From an uncultured Gammaproteobacteria bacterium (lineage in GTDB: Bacteria; Pseudomonadota; Gammaproteobacteria; UBA9214): a DNA stretch of 64,000 bases. The stretch spans positions 64,001 to 128,000 of the forward strand of contig CAVVHS010000006.1 in assembly GCA_963748215.1 (NCBI GenBank). The letters are read 5' to 3'. The notes under the pieces were generated by a model. That model saw nothing but the letters and a program-made list of their open reading frames with translations, had not been told where the DNA came from and ran no database searches. Positions 36,667-47,632 of the stretch are shown here, piece after piece; position 1 is the stretch's first letter; each line of letters opens with the position of its first letter. The position numbers and the translations under genes are program-made.

Positions 36667-39576
36667 ATGAAGCTGGTCAGGAAACAAGACACAGAACAGT
36701 CACCGGTGCGCGCGGCACTCAACGCGGCCACCATGGACCGCAGGACATTCCTCAAGCGAGCCGGCATTGGCGCCGGTGGTATAGCCGCAGCCAGTTCCCT
36801 GTCTCTGTCGATGATGCAGCGCGCAGAAGCGGCTGACGCACCGGCAGCCGCTGGCAGTAAGGCTACCCAGGTCCGATCGATCTGTACCCATTGCTCGGTT
36901 GGCTGTGGCATCTATGCCGAAGTGGAAAACGGTGTCTGGACCGGTCAGGAACCGGCCTTCGATCACCCGTTCAACCGGGGTGCCCACTGCGCCAAGGGCG
37001 CCTCGGTGCGGGAGCATGGCCACGGCGAACGCCGCCTGAAATACCCGACCAAGCTGGTCAATGGCAAGTGGACCAAGGTCTCCTGGGAGCAGGCCATCAG
37101 CGAGATCGGCGACCAGATGCTGGCCATTCGCGAGCAATCCGGACCGGATTCCGTCTACTGGCTGGGTTCGGCCAAGCACAACAACGAGCAGGCCTACCTG
37201 TTCCGCAAGTTTGCCGCGCTCTGGGGCACCAACAACGTCGATCACCAGGCGCGCATCTGTCATTCCACCACGGTTGCCGGTGTGGCCAATACCTGGGGCT
37301 ACGGTGCCATGACCAATTCCTACAATGACATCCACAACAGCAAGGCGATCCTGATCATCGGTGGCAATCCGGCCGAGGCGCACCCGGTCTCCCTGCTGCA
37401 CCTGTTCCAGGCCACGGAACGCAACAACGCACCGCTGATCGTGATCGATCCACGCTTTACCCGCACGGCGGCCCATGCCGATCAGTACATCCGTCTGCGT
37501 CCGGGTACCGATGTGCCGGTGGTCTGGGGCATGCTCTGGCATATTTTCGAAAACGGCTGGGAAGACAAGGAATTCATCAGGCAACGGGTCTATGGCATGG
37601 ACCAGATCCGTGCCGAGGTGGCGAAATGGACACCGGATGAAGTGGAACGTGTCTCCGGTGTGCCGGAAGAAGCCATCAAGCGCGCCGCGCAGACCATGGC
37701 CGAAAACCGCCCGGGTACCTTCATCTGGTGCATGGGCGGGACGCAGCACACCATCGGCAACAACAACACCCGTGCCTACTGCGTGTTCCAGCTGGCACTC
37801 GGCAACCTGGGCGTGGCGGGTGGCGGCACCAACATCTTTCGCGGCCACGACAATGTTCAGGGTGCCACCGATCTGGGCGTCCTGAGCCACACGCTACCGG
37901 GCTATTACGGGTTGACGGAAGGCGCCTGGAAACACTGGGCCCAGGTCTGGGATGTCGATTACGACTGGCTGGTCGCCCGCTTCGACACGGAGGAAAGCCC
38001 GGGCGACTTCTTCGGTGAAGAGGGGGCGTCCGATAAAGTCGTCAAACCGATGAACGAAAACGGTATTCCTGTATCACGCTGGATCGACGGCGTGCTCGAG
38101 GAAAAGACTCACATCGCGCAGCGCGACAACCTCAAGGCCATGGTGTTCTGGGGGCATGCCCCGAACAGCCAGACGCGCGGTGCGGAGATGAAGGATGCGA
38201 TGGAAAAACTTGACCTGATGGTCATCATCGACCCGTATCCCACCGTCAGTGCCGTCATGCATGACCGCACCGATGGCGTCTACCTGCTGCCGGCGGCCAC
38301 CCAGTTCGAGACCTACGGTTCGGTCACCGCCTCGAACCGCTCCCTGCAATGGCGTGACAAGGTCATCGACCCGTTGTTCGAGTCGCTGCCGGACCACACC
38401 ATTATGTACAAGTTCGCCAGCAAGCTGGGGTTCGCCGACGAGTTGTGCAAACACATTGCGGTGGAAAATGATGAGCCCAATATCGAGGACATCACCCGCG
38501 AATTCAACAAGGGCATGTGGACCATCGGCTATACCGGCCAGAGTCCGGAACGCCTGAAACAGCACCAGCAGAACTGGCATACCTTCGACTTCACCACGCT
38601 GGAGGCCAGGGGTGGCCCGGCCAACGGCGACTACTATGGCCTGCCCTGGCCCTGCTGGGGCACCGCCGGGATGGGACATCCCGGTACGCCCAACCTGTAC
38701 GACACCAGCAAGCCGGTGGCCCGCGGTGGCCTGAATTTCCGTGCCCGCTTCGGCGTCGAACACGAAGGCGTTAACCTGCTGTCCGAAGACTCCTACCCGG
38801 TCGGCAATGAAATCAGGGACGGCCATCCGGAGTTCACTGCCGACATGCTGAAGAAGCTTGGCTGGTGGAGTGATCTGTCCGACGCCGAGCAACAGCTGGC
38901 CGAGGGCAAGAACTGGAAGACGGATCTTTCCGGTGGCATCCAGCGGGTCGCCATCAAGCATGGCTGCGCCCCGTTCGGCAACGCCAAGGCACGTGCCGTT
39001 GTCTGGACCTTTCCCGATCCGGTCCCGATACACCGCGAGCCGCTGTATACCTCGCGTCGCGACCTGGTGGAGAAATACCCGACGTACGAGGACCGCAAGA
39101 CCTTCTATCGCCTGCCGACCCGTTACGCTTCGATCCAGGCGAAGGACTACACCGCTGACTACCCGCTGATCATGACCAGCGGCCGGCTGGTGGAGTATGA
39201 GGGTGGCGGTGACGAAACCCGTTCCAATCCCTGGCTGGCGGAATTGCAGCAGGACATGTTCGCCGAGATCAACATCGTCGATGCCAACAACAACGGTATC
39301 AGGGACGGCCAGCAAATATGGGTCGAGGGACCCGAGGGCTCACGCATCAAGGTCATGGCCAAGGTGACGCAGGAGGGCGTGGCGGCCGGTGTCGTCTGGC
39401 TGCCGTTCCATTTCGGCGGCCATTTCCAGGGCAGGGACCTGCGCGACAAATACCCGAAAGGCAGTGACCCCTACGTGCTCGGCGAGGCCTGCAACACGGC
39501 GTTCACCTACGGTTACGATTCCGTCACCCAGATGCAGGAAACCAAGTGTTCCCTGTGCCGCATCAGCCGCGCTTGA
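36667..39576 (+). CDS. fdhA: Formate dehydrogenase alpha subunit (Cys-ligand, Tat-exported)
   Basis: DRRTFLK; CTHCSVGC...HCAKG; DHQARICHSTT; RGHDNVQG. Confidence 0.95.
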   Translation: MKLVRKQDTEQSPVRAALNAATMDRRTFLKRAGIGAGGIAAASSLSLSMMQRAEAADAPAAAGSKATQVRSICTHCSVGCGIYAEVENGVWTGQEPAFDHPFNRGAHCAKGASVREHGHGERRLKYPTKLVNGKWTKVSWEQAISEIGDQMLAIREQSGPDSVYWLGSAKHNNEQAYLFRKFAALWGTNNVDHQARICHSTTVAGVANTWGYGAMTNSYNDIHNSKAILIIGGNPAEAHPVSLLHLFQATERNNAPLIVIDPRFTRTAAHADQYIRLRPGTDVPVVWGMLWHIFENGWEDKEFIRQRVYGMDQIRAEVAKWTPDEVERVSGVPEEAIKRAAQTMAENRPGTFIWCMGGTQHTIGNNNTRAYCVFQLALGNLGVAGGGTNIFRGHDNVQGATDLGVLSHTLPGYYGLTEGAWKHWAQVWDVDYDWLVARFDTEESPGDFFGEEGASDKVVKPMNENGIPVSRWIDGVLEEKTHIAQRDNLKAMVFWGHAPNSQTRGAEMKDAMEKLDLMVIIDPYPTVSAVMHDRTDGVYLLPAATQFETYGSVTASNRSLQWRDKVIDPLFESLPDHTIMYKFASKLGFADELCKHIAVENDEPNIEDITREFNKGMWTIGYTGQSPERLKQHQQNWHTFDFTTLEARGGPANGDYYGLPWPCWGTAGMGHPGTPNLYDTSKPVARGGLNFRARFGVEHEGVNLLSEDSYPVGNEIRDGHPEFTADMLKKLGWWSDLSDAEQQLAEGKNWKTDLSGGIQRVAIKHGCAPFGNAKARAVVWTFPDPVPIHREPLYTSRRDLVEKYPTYEDRKTFYRLPTRYASIQAKDYTADYPLIMTSGRLVEYEGGGDETRSNPWLAELQQDMFAEINIVDANNNGIRDGQQIWVEGPEGSRIKVMAKVTQEGVAAGVVWLPFHFGGHFQGRDLRDKYPKGSDPYVLGEACNTAFTYGYDSVTQMQETKCSLCRISRA

Positions 39577-39595
39577 GACAGGAAGGAGACGCATC

Positions 39596-40231
39596 ATGGC
39601 CCGAATGAAGTTCCTCTGCGATGCCGAACGCTGCATCGAATGCAACGCCTGTGTCACGGCATGTAAAAACGAAAACGATGTGCCCTGGGGTGTCAACCGC
39701 CGGCGCGTGGTGACCATCAATGACGGCTCGCCAGGTGAGCGATCCATGTCGGTGGCCTGCATGCACTGTTCCGATGCGCCCTGCGCTGCAGTCTGCCCGG
39801 TCGACTGTTTCTACTTCACCGATGACGGCGTGGTGCTGCATGACAAGGATATTTGTATCGGCTGCGGGTATTGCTTCTATGCCTGCCCGTTCGGTGCACC
39901 GCAGTTTCCACAGGACGGTGTGTTCGGACAGCGTGGCAAGATGGATAAGTGTACCTTCTGCGCCGGGGGTCCGGAGGCGGACAACTCGCCCGAGGAGCGC
40001 GCCAAGTACGGCAGCAACCGGCTGGCCGAAGGCAAGCTGCCCCTGTGCGCAGAAATGTGCGCCACCAAGGCACTGCTCGCCGGTGATGGTGATGCCGTTT
40101 CAACTATTTTTCGCGAACGTGTGACCTGGCGGGGCGCTGCCGGCTTGTCATGGGGCTGGGGGGTTGCCTATGGCAAGCCCGGCCTGCGCAGAGGCACCGC
40201 GATCGAGGGCAAGGCAACTGGCGGAGAATAG
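39596..40231 (+). CDS. fdhB: Formate dehydrogenase iron-sulfur (beta) subunit
   Basis: CIECNACVTAC, CMHCSDAPCAAVCP, CIGCGYCFYACP, KCTFC. Confidence 0.93.
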   Translation: MARMKFLCDAERCIECNACVTACKNENDVPWGVNRRRVVTINDGSPGERSMSVACMHCSDAPCAAVCPVDCFYFTDDGVVLHDKDICIGCGYCFYACPFGAPQFPQDGVFGQRGKMDKCTFCAGGPEADNSPEERAKYGSNRLAEGKLPLCAEMCATKALLAGDGDAVSTIFRERVTWRGAAGLSWGWGVAYGKPGLRRGTAIEGKATGGE

Positions 40232-40316
40232 CCGGACAGCAACACAGAGTTGATGTCCGGAGGTGCCCGTAGCAAACCGGGTTCGGTTACAGCGCGACCG
40301 CGAGGAGCCTGCATAT

Positions 40317-41390
40317 ATGTCCACTAACAAGCAGTCACGCATCCGGCGCCATCGCATGGTTGCATACTCACTGCTGTCGCTGCTGGTGCTGACGCTGGTA
40401 TTGCCGCTGATCCCCTATGCCGTGGCCGACCGTGGTGATACGACGGGCAAGGTCGTCAATCCGGGTACGGAGCTGTGGCGCGACGTGCGTCAGCGTGATC
40501 GCGCCGTGGCCGGCAGTACCCAGGTCAGGGGGGTGGATACCGGTATCCTGATCAACGTCTACGGCGAGGACTGGCGAGTTTTCCGCATGCAGCGGCTGAT
40601 CCCGTATGGCGCCGCGCTGATGGGAACCGTGTTATCTGTCATCCTGCTGTTCTACCTGGTGCGTGGCCCGTTGCGGATGCAGGGTGGTCCCGCGGGAAAC
40701 AGGATCCAGCGCTTTACCGTGTTCGAGCGCACCACCCACTGGTTTACCGTCAGCGTGTTCTGGTTGCTGGCACTGACCGGTCTGATACTGTTGTATGGCC
40801 GTTATGTGCTCATTCCATTGCTTGGTCCCGATGGTTTCGGGCTGACGGCCTCGGCCTGCAAGGAAGCGCATAACCTGTTCGGTCCGATGTTCCTGGTGGC
40901 GATCCTGATGCTGTTCGTGACGTTCGTGAAAGACAACATATATGCACGTGGCGACATGACATGGCTGCTCAAGGGCGGCGGCATGCTCGGTGGCGGACAT
41001 GTGAGTGCCGGCCGTTTCAATGCCGGCGAGAAGATCTGGTTCTGGATTGCCGTGCTCGGTGGCATCGTGTTGTGTGCGACCGGACTGATCCTGGACTTTG
41101 CCGTGCTTGGCCAGGGACGTGAGGTGATGGCGCTGTCACACGTATTGCATGGCATCGTGGCACTGATCGTGATCAGCGTGTCATTCGGGCATATCTATCT
41201 TGGCACCGCCGGTGTCGAGGGTACGCTGGGCAGCATGACCACCGGGTACGTCGACGAGGCCTGGGCAAAATCACATCACGATCGCTGGTATGCAGAGGTC
41301 AAGGCATCCGCGGCAGGGCAGGTTGAAACGGAACCGGCCGGTGGCGGCACTGCCGCCACCGGTGTTGCCAGTACGGCAAGGGATGGGTGA
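40317..41390 (+). CDS. fdhC: Formate dehydrogenase cytochrome b (gamma) subunit
   Basis: RFTVFERTTHW, HNLFG, GRFNAGEKIWFW, GHIY...WAKSHH. Confidence 0.92.
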   Translation: MSTNKQSRIRRHRMVAYSLLSLLVLTLVLPLIPYAVADRGDTTGKVVNPGTELWRDVRQRDRAVAGSTQVRGVDTGILINVYGEDWRVFRMQRLIPYGAALMGTVLSVILLFYLVRGPLRMQGGPAGNRIQRFTVFERTTHWFTVSVFWLLALTGLILLYGRYVLIPLLGPDGFGLTASACKEAHNLFGPMFLVAILMLFVTFVKDNIYARGDMTWLLKGGGMLGGGHVSAGRFNAGEKIWFWIAVLGGIVLCATGLILDFAVLGQGREVMALSHVLHGIVALIVISVSFGHIYLGTAGVEGTLGSMTTGYVDEAWAKSHHDRWYAEVKASAAGQVETEPAGGGTAATGVASTARDG

Positions 41391-41465
41391 AGAGCGCGAC
41401 CGGGAGCAACCCTCTCTCCCTGCAGAGAGGAGGTTTGTCGGACGGCAGTGACATAAGGATGGATC

Positions 41466-42104
41466 ATGTTTGGACAACTCGTTGACGGAATCTTCTGGGA
41501 TATAGCGCTGTGGGTGTTCGCCATCGGCGTGACCTGGCGCATCCTGTCGATCTTCCGGGTGCGCAACAAGCCTGATTTCTCGGTGCCGCGCGGCTCCGGA
41601 CTGGCCGGTGCCATCGGCGCCAACATCCGGCGTTTCATGCCGCGCACCGAGATGCGATCGCGTACCCGTATTCATGTTGTCGCCGGCTACCTGTTTCACG
41701 TCGGCCTGTTTGCCCTGTTGTTTTTCGCAGCACCGCACGTTCTGTTCGTCAAGACAGAAACCGGACTGGTCTGGACACCGATGCCGTACTGGGCATTTAT
41801 CGTATCAGCGCAACTTGCCTTTATCGGGCTGCTGCTGTTGTGGATTCACCGGGTTATGCACCCGGTAACCCGGCTGATCTCGAATGCCGATGACCATATT
41901 GCCGCGATCCTGACGTTTGTCGTCATGCTGACCGGGTGCATGGCACTGATCGGGGAATTTCAAGGGTTGCGGGTGTTCCACCGTTTCACGGTCGAGCTGC
42001 TGATGGTGTACTTCCCGTTCAGCCGGTTGATGCATGCCTTTATGTTCATCCCGAGCCGGGCGTTTACCGGCGCCTGGTTCGGCAGGCGCGGGGTGAAGGC
42101 CTGA
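41466..42104 (+). CDS. NarI/DsrM/HmcE-like membrane cytochrome b
   Basis: About 5 TM with His residues; YLFHVG, VFHRF, YFPFSRLMHAF. Confidence 0.8.
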   Translation: MFGQLVDGIFWDIALWVFAIGVTWRILSIFRVRNKPDFSVPRGSGLAGAIGANIRRFMPRTEMRSRTRIHVVAGYLFHVGLFALLFFAAPHVLFVKTETGLVWTPMPYWAFIVSAQLAFIGLLLLWIHRVMHPVTRLISNADDHIAAILTFVVMLTGCMALIGEFQGLRVFHRFTVELLMVYFPFSRLMHAFMFIPSRAFTGAWFGRRGVKA

Positions 42105-42139
42105 ACAGTGGCTGACGGATTGTCGACGAGGAGCGGAGC

Positions 42140-43408
42140 ATGAGTGACAGACTGGCGCGCGGTATCGAGGCCATGCGGACACAGATGGATACCCGCGTGA
42201 TGTCCTACATGTCCAGCTGTGTGCATTGCGGCATTTGTGCGGAGGCCTGTCTGTTCTACACGGAAACGGGTGACGCCCGCTACACACCGATCTACAAGAC
42301 CGAGCCCCTGCGCAAGCTGTGGCGTCAGGAATATACCTTCTGGGGCAAGCTCGCCGCCGGCATGGGACTGGGTAAAAAACTGACCGAGGACGACTTCGCC
42401 GACTGGGAGGAACTGGTCTACGACAGCTGCACCATGTGCAGCCGCTGCAGCATGGTGTGCCCGGTGGGTATCGATATCGCCTATCTCATCCGCAAGGTGA
42501 AAGAAGGGCTGTCCGCCGCAGGGTTCTCGCCGCCGGACCTGGTCGAGGCCGGCAAGCGGGCGCTGGAAATCGGCAGCCCCATGGGTGTCACCCTGGCGAC
42601 CCTGAAAGCCACCATCCGGGTGCAGGAACAGGAGACCGGCCTGGAGATACCGCTTGACCTGGAGGGTGCCGAGTACCTGTTGTTGCTGTCGTCCGGCGAA
42701 ATTGCCGGCTTCCCGGAATTCATCGGGTCGGTGGCGAAGATATTCAAGGCCGCCGGCGTATCATGGACCCTCAGCGGCGACTACTTCGAGGCGACCAATA
42801 CCGGTGTGCAACTCGGCGACTCGAAGCTGGCGGCAACGCTGGTCGAGCGCGTTGTGGCCGCAGCCGGAAAGCTGAACGTGAAAGCCGTTATCAGTCCCGA
42901 GTGCGGCCATGCCTACTCCACCATTCGCTGGGATGCCCCGAACTTCATCGGTCGGCCGCTGCCGTTCAGGGTGGTGCATATCATGGAACTGCTGGATGAG
43001 TTGCGGCGCGATGGACGTCTGAAAACCGACGGCGTTACCGACGAACGGCTCAGCTACCACGACCCCTGCAACGCCGCGCGCCGTGGCGGTGTGCTGGATC
43101 AGCCACGCAAGCTGCTGAACATGGTCGCGCCGAACTTTGTCGAGCTGCCCGAGACCGGCGCCATGAACTGGTGCTGCGGAGGTGGTGGCGGCGTGAGCTC
43201 CAACGAGCGTGCCAACGCGTTGCGCATACGGGTCTTCAGTGTCAAGAAACGGCAGCTGAATGCGGTAAAGGTTCAGGGGCTGGTCACTGCCTGTTCAAAC
43301 TGCCGGCACATGCTGGAAGACGGCCTGGAAGCCAACGATATACAGGATATCGAGCTGCTGGGCATGACCGAGCTGATTGCGAATCATCTGGTCGAAGAGC
43401 CAGGGTGA
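42140..43408 (+). CDS. HdrD/DsrK/HmcF-like Fe-S protein with CCG domains
   Basis: CVHCGICAEAC, CTMCSRCSMVCP, PECGHAY, HDPC, WCCGGGGG, TACSNC. Confidence 0.88.
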   Translation: MSDRLARGIEAMRTQMDTRVMSYMSSCVHCGICAEACLFYTETGDARYTPIYKTEPLRKLWRQEYTFWGKLAAGMGLGKKLTEDDFADWEELVYDSCTMCSRCSMVCPVGIDIAYLIRKVKEGLSAAGFSPPDLVEAGKRALEIGSPMGVTLATLKATIRVQEQETGLEIPLDLEGAEYLLLLSSGEIAGFPEFIGSVAKIFKAAGVSWTLSGDYFEATNTGVQLGDSKLAATLVERVVAAAGKLNVKAVISPECGHAYSTIRWDAPNFIGRPLPFRVVHIMELLDELRRDGRLKTDGVTDERLSYHDPCNAARRGGVLDQPRKLLNMVAPNFVELPETGAMNWCCGGGGGVSSNERANALRIRVFSVKKRQLNAVKVQGLVTACSNCRHMLEDGLEANDIQDIELLGMTELIANHLVEEPG

Positions 43409-43426
43409 CCGGTACCGACGGCGGCG

Positions 43427-43924
43427 TCAGTCTTCGTGTTGAGCTGCATCCTCCGCGTTCCACTCGCCGCTGCGACCGCCGGACTTGTGCAGCAGGCGCA
43501 CGCCGTCGATTACCATGCCACGGTCAACGGCCTTGCACATGTCGTAGATGGTCAGCGCGGCCACGGAGGCGGCAGTCAGCGCCTCCATCTCCACCCCCGT
43601 CGCACCCTTGAGCCGGCAGGCCGTGATGATGTGTACGCGGCTGCCGGGCTTGTCCAGCACGATGTCGACGTCGATGCCGGTCAGCATCAGGGGGTGGCAC
43701 AGCGGGATGAGATCGGCACAGCGCTTGGCGGCCTGGATGCCGGCGATGCGGGCAACGGCAATGACATCGCCTTTCCTGTGTCCGCCGGTCTCGATGAGCG
43801 TGAGCGTGTCTTGCGACATCCGCACCCAGGCCTCGGCGCGAGCCTCGCGTGCGGTCTCCGTCTTGTCGCCGACATCGACCATGCGGGCCGTGCCATGGGC
43901 GTCGATATGGGTTAAATTGTTCAT
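43427..43924 (-). CDS. moaC: Cyclic pyranopterin monophosphate synthase
   Basis: LTHID...[34 protein letters not shown]. Confidence 0.96.
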   Translation of the reverse strand: MNNLTHIDAHGTARMVDVGDKTETAREARAEAWVRMSQDTLTLIETGGHRKGDVIAVARIAGIQAAKRCADLIPLCHPLMLTGIDVDIVLDKPGSRVHIITACRLKGATGVEMEALTAASVAALTIYDMCKAVDRGMVIDGVRLLHKSGGRSGEWNAEDAAQHED

Positions 43925-43960
43925 CGGGGTTATCCTGAAACCAGACAGTGAATATTGCCC

Positions 43961-44770
43961 ATGAAACGGTATTTTGCAAATCTTCCTTGCCTGGCTTTCG
44001 CGTTGTTTGCCACGCTTGCCATGGCCGGTGAGCCGGCGCTGGTGCGCATGGCCACCACCACGAGCACGGAAAATTCCGGCCTGTTTGACGTGATACAGCC
44101 GGTTTTCGAGCGCTCGCTCGACATCCGGGTGCACGTCATCGCAGTCGGTACCGGCAAGGCGCTGGAGCTGGGACGGCGCGGTGATGTCGACGTGGTCCTG
44201 GTGCATGCGAAGGCGGCCGAGGAGGCCTTCGTCAGGGACGGTTATGGCCTTGCACGCCACGAGATCATGTACAACGATTTTGTTATTGTCGGGCCGCCCG
44301 CGGATCCGGCCGGGGTGCGGGGCCTGCAGGATGCCGGCAAGGCGTTTGCCAGAATCGCCGCGGCGTCCGCGACCTTTGTCTCGCGCGGTGATGACTCGGG
44401 CACCCACAAGAAAGAGAACACCATCTGGCAACAGGCGGCTGTCCAGCCGCAGGGCGACTGGTACCGGCAGGTCGGCCAGGGCATGGGCAGTACGCTGCAG
44501 ATCGCCGGGGAAATGGCAGGCTACACACTGGTCGATCGCGGCACCTGGCTGGCGTACCGGGCCAGCAGCCCGCTGGCTTTGCTGGTATCGGGCGGGGAGG
44601 AACTGAATAATCCCTATGGCATCATTGCCGTCAATCCGGAGCGCTTCCCGGACGTCAATTACAGGGATGCGCAGCGCCTGATCGACTGGTTTGCCTCGCC
44701 CGAGGCGCACGCCCTGATTGCCGGCTACCAGGTCGATGGGGAACAGTTGTTCTACCCGGTAGCGAACTGA
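43961..44770 (+). CDS. tupA: Tungstate ABC transporter substrate-binding protein
   Basis: [28 protein letters not shown] (TupA TTTS motif). Confidence 0.9.
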   Translation: MKRYFANLPCLAFALFATLAMAGEPALVRMATTTSTENSGLFDVIQPVFERSLDIRVHVIAVGTGKALELGRRGDVDVVLVHAKAAEEAFVRDGYGLARHEIMYNDFVIVGPPADPAGVRGLQDAGKAFARIAAASATFVSRGDDSGTHKKENTIWQQAAVQPQGDWYRQVGQGMGSTLQIAGEMAGYTLVDRGTWLAYRASSPLALLVSGGEELNNPYGIIAVNPERFPDVNYRDAQRLIDWFASPEAHALIAGYQVDGEQLFYPVAN

Positions 44771-44773
44771 TCC

Positions 44774-45475
44774 ATGGACAGTCTGACTGCCGCCACTGCC
44801 GAATCATTCCGTCTGCTGTTCTCGGGCAATGCAGATCTGTGGATCATCATCTTCACCTCGTTCAGCGTGTCGGTGAAGGCGATCCTGATCGCCGCGCCGC
44901 TAGCCTTCGTGGTGGCCTTCATGATGGCCCACCTGCGCTACCCGGGAAGGCGCGCGATGGTCGCCGGTTTCAGTGCCCTGCAGTCGATACCGGCCGTCGT
45001 CGTCGGCCTGACTGTCTACCTGGTATTGTCGCGCAGTGGCCCGCTCGGTGACCTCAAGCTGCTGTTCACCCATACCTCCATGGTTATCGGCCAGATCCTG
45101 CTGTCGCTTCCCCTGCTGGTCGCCCTGGGTCACGCGGCATTCCAGGCCGCTGACCGCCGGGTCTGGGAAACCTCCGTCACCCTGGGCGCAACACCCGGCC
45201 GCGCCTTCCTGACACTGGTACATGAGGTGCGTTTCGGCCTGATCGCTGCCTTGATTGCCGGTTTCGGGCGCATCATTGCCGAGGTTGGCTGTTCGATGAT
45301 GGTTGGCGGAAATATACTGGGTTACACGCGCAACATACCGACGGCGATTGCGCTGGAGACGACCAAGGGCGAGTTCGCACAGGCCATTGCGCTGGGAATG
45401 GTGCTGCTGACGCTGGCCTTGCTCCTGAACGGAATGCTGGCGTTTTTCCAGGGCCGCGGGGTGATGACATCATGA
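44774..45475 (+). CDS. tupB: Tungstate ABC transporter permease
   Basis: [33 protein letters not shown]. Confidence 0.9.
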   Translation: MDSLTAATAESFRLLFSGNADLWIIIFTSFSVSVKAILIAAPLAFVVAFMMAHLRYPGRRAMVAGFSALQSIPAVVVGLTVYLVLSRSGPLGDLKLLFTHTSMVIGQILLSLPLLVALGHAAFQAADRRVWETSVTLGATPGRAFLTLVHEVRFGLIAALIAGFGRIIAEVGCSMMVGGNILGYTRNIPTAIALETTKGEFAQAIALGMVLLTLALLLNGMLAFFQGRGVMTS

Positions 45476-46170
45476 AGGAAATACTGCGCTACAACGGCCT
45501 GCGAAAGTCGGTTCACGGCCGGCCGGTACTCGCTATCGATGCACTGGAAATACATGAGCACAGCTGTGTCGCGCTGAGCGGCAGGAACGGTGCAGGCAAG
45601 TCGACACTCATGCGGATCATCGCTGGCCTCGAGACGCCGGACAGCGCGACAATCCATTTCGAGGGGCAAGTGCTTTCGTGGCGCCGGGTCTGCAAGCGGA
45701 TGCATGGCCAGGTTATTTACCTGCACCAGAATCCCTACCTGTTCGATTGCAGCGTGACTGACAATATTGCCTATGGACTGCGCCGCCGCGGCCTGTCGCT
45801 GCGGGAGATATCCAGCAAAGTCTCGGAAGCGCTGGACTGGGCCGGCATCGGTCACCTGCAGTTGCGCAACGCGCATGACCTGTCGGGCGGCGAGCGGGCG
45901 CGGGTTGCCTTTGCGCGTGCCCGGATTCTCCGCCCGCGGATCCTGCTGCTGGACGAGCCGACCGCCAACATGGACTACGAGTCGCGCGGCCAGGCCTACC
46001 GCATGATCAAGCAGCTGAAGGATGATGGCGTCAGCATAATGATCGCGACCCATGAATTTCAAACCATCGCACACTTGTGTGATGATCACCTCTCACTCGA
46101 GTCGGGTGTGCTCAAGCTGCAGCCGATGGAAAAGGAAGTCGGAGAACGCAAGATCATCCCCTATGGCTGA
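45472..46170 (+). CDS. tupC: Tungstate ABC transporter ATPase
   Basis: GRNGAGKST, LSGGE, LLLDEPT; follows tupAB. Confidence 0.88.
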   Translation: MKEILRYNGLRKSVHGRPVLAIDALEIHEHSCVALSGRNGAGKSTLMRIIAGLETPDSATIHFEGQVLSWRRVCKRMHGQVIYLHQNPYLFDCSVTDNIAYGLRRRGLSLREISSKVSEALDWAGIGHLQLRNAHDLSGGERARVAFARARILRPRILLLDEPTANMDYESRGQAYRMIKQLKDDGVSIMIATHEFQTIAHLCDDHLSLESGVLKLQPMEKEVGERKIIPYG

Positions 46171-46345
46171 GAGGTGCGGCAAGTGGCCGCAGGTTCCACG
46201 ATAGTGAAACAGCGTTTACCCACGCCCGACAGGGGGAGGGCGCTGGCATGCTGGCTGCCAGGCGGATTGCTTCCCTGTCACGCCCGCCAGGAGAAGGGCC
46301 GGCATTTCATCCAGATTTGAAACAAACGCTTTCAGGATATCTGCT

Positions 46346-47617
46346 ATGCATGAAAATGAAATACAGCATCAACCCGGCTGTGAAGACGAACTGAATACCG
46401 GCCTGCTCACCGTCGCACAGGCGCAGGCACGGATCCTCGCAGGCGTCACGCCGGTCACCGCGTCTGAAACCCTGCCGGTGCGCGAGGCACTGGGACGCGT
46501 ACTTGCACAAGACATCGTATCTCCCATTGACGTTCCCTCGCACACCAATTCCGCGATGGACGGCTATGCCGTACGTGCCGCCGATCTGCCTGCCAGTGGC
46601 GTGCGCGAATTCCCGGTGCCCGGCACCTCCTGGGCCGGACGCCCGTGGCTGACGCCCATTGAACCCGGCCAGGCGGTGCAGATCATGACCGGTGGCATGA
46701 TGCCGGCAGGCGCGGATACGGTCGTGATGCAGGAGCAGGTCGAACGTGAAGGTGACACGGTGCGCATCGGCGCCGGTCACCGTTGCGGGCAGAATGTGCG
46801 CGCGGCCGGCGAGGACCTGACCGCCGGCCAGCAGGTGTTCACGGCAGGCAAGCAGCTGACGGCTGCCGATATCGGCGTGCTGGCCTCACTCGGGATGAGC
46901 GAGGTCAGTGTCTATCGCCGGCTGAAGGTGGCCTTCTTTTCCACCGGCGATGAACTGCGCTCGGTGGGCGAGACGCTGGGTCCCGGCGAGATCTACGACA
47001 GCAACCGCTACACCCTGTATGGCATGCTGAAGAAACTCGATGTCGAGATCATCGACATGGGTGTGGTGCGCGACGAGCGCGAACTTGTCGAGCAGGCGTT
47101 TCATGATGCCGCAGCCAGCGCCGATGCCATCATTACCTCCGGCGGTGTGTCGGTGGGTGAGGCGGACTACGTCAAGGAGACGCTGGAGAAGCTCGGCAAC
47201 ATGGCGTTCTGGAAGATCGCCATGAAGCCCGGGCGGCCGGTGACCTTCGGCCGCATCAACGATGCGGTATTCTTCGGTCTGCCGGGGAACCCGGTCTCGG
47301 TCATGGTGACCTATTTCCAGTTCGTTCGTCCGGCGTTGTTGAAGATGGCCGGGGAGACAGGGGCGCTCGGGGCCTTTACACTGCACGCGCGCGCGGCCTC
47401 CGCATTGAGAAAACGCCCCGGCCGTTATGAATTCCAGCGTGGTGTGCTGGAGCAATCCGCCCCGGGTGAATTTACCGTGCGCAGCGCCGGCGCGCAGGGT
47501 TCCGGTATCCTGCGCTCCATGAGCGAAGCCAACTGCTTTATCCTGCTCGACCCTGACCGCACCAGTGTAGAGATCGGTGAGGAAGTCGAAGTCCAGCCAT
47601 TCCAAAACCTTATTTGA
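46346..47617 (+). CDS. moeA: Molybdopterin molybdotransferase
   Basis: NSAMDGYA, STGDEL, SGGVSVGEAD, MKPGRP, LPGNP. Confidence 0.95.
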   Translation: MHENEIQHQPGCEDELNTGLLTVAQAQARILAGVTPVTASETLPVREALGRVLAQDIVSPIDVPSHTNSAMDGYAVRAADLPASGVREFPVPGTSWAGRPWLTPIEPGQAVQIMTGGMMPAGADTVVMQEQVEREGDTVRIGAGHRCGQNVRAAGEDLTAGQQVFTAGKQLTAADIGVLASLGMSEVSVYRRLKVAFFSTGDELRSVGETLGPGEIYDSNRYTLYGMLKKLDVEIIDMGVVRDERELVEQAFHDAAASADAIITSGGVSVGEADYVKETLEKLGNMAFWKIAMKPGRPVTFGRINDAVFFGLPGNPVSVMVTYFQFVRPALLKMAGETGALGAFTLHARAASALRKRPGRYEFQRGVLEQSAPGEFTVRSAGAQGSGILRSMSEANCFILLDPDRTSVEIGEEVEVQPFQNLI

Positions 47618-47632
47618 GGCGCGAGAGCCAGC

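Noticed and set aside
37250-37270. Selenocysteine in FdhA
   Set aside because: Ligand codon is TGT (RICH); ORF is continuous with no in-frame TGA
43925-44710. Long N-terminal extension of MoaC in the ORF track
   Set aside because: Antisense to tupA; true start is ATG 43924
46225-46282. Hairpin with sigma54-like CTGGCATGCTGGCTGC upstream of moeA
   Set aside because: GC-rich chance match is plausible; no recognisable riboswitch consensus or enhancer sites
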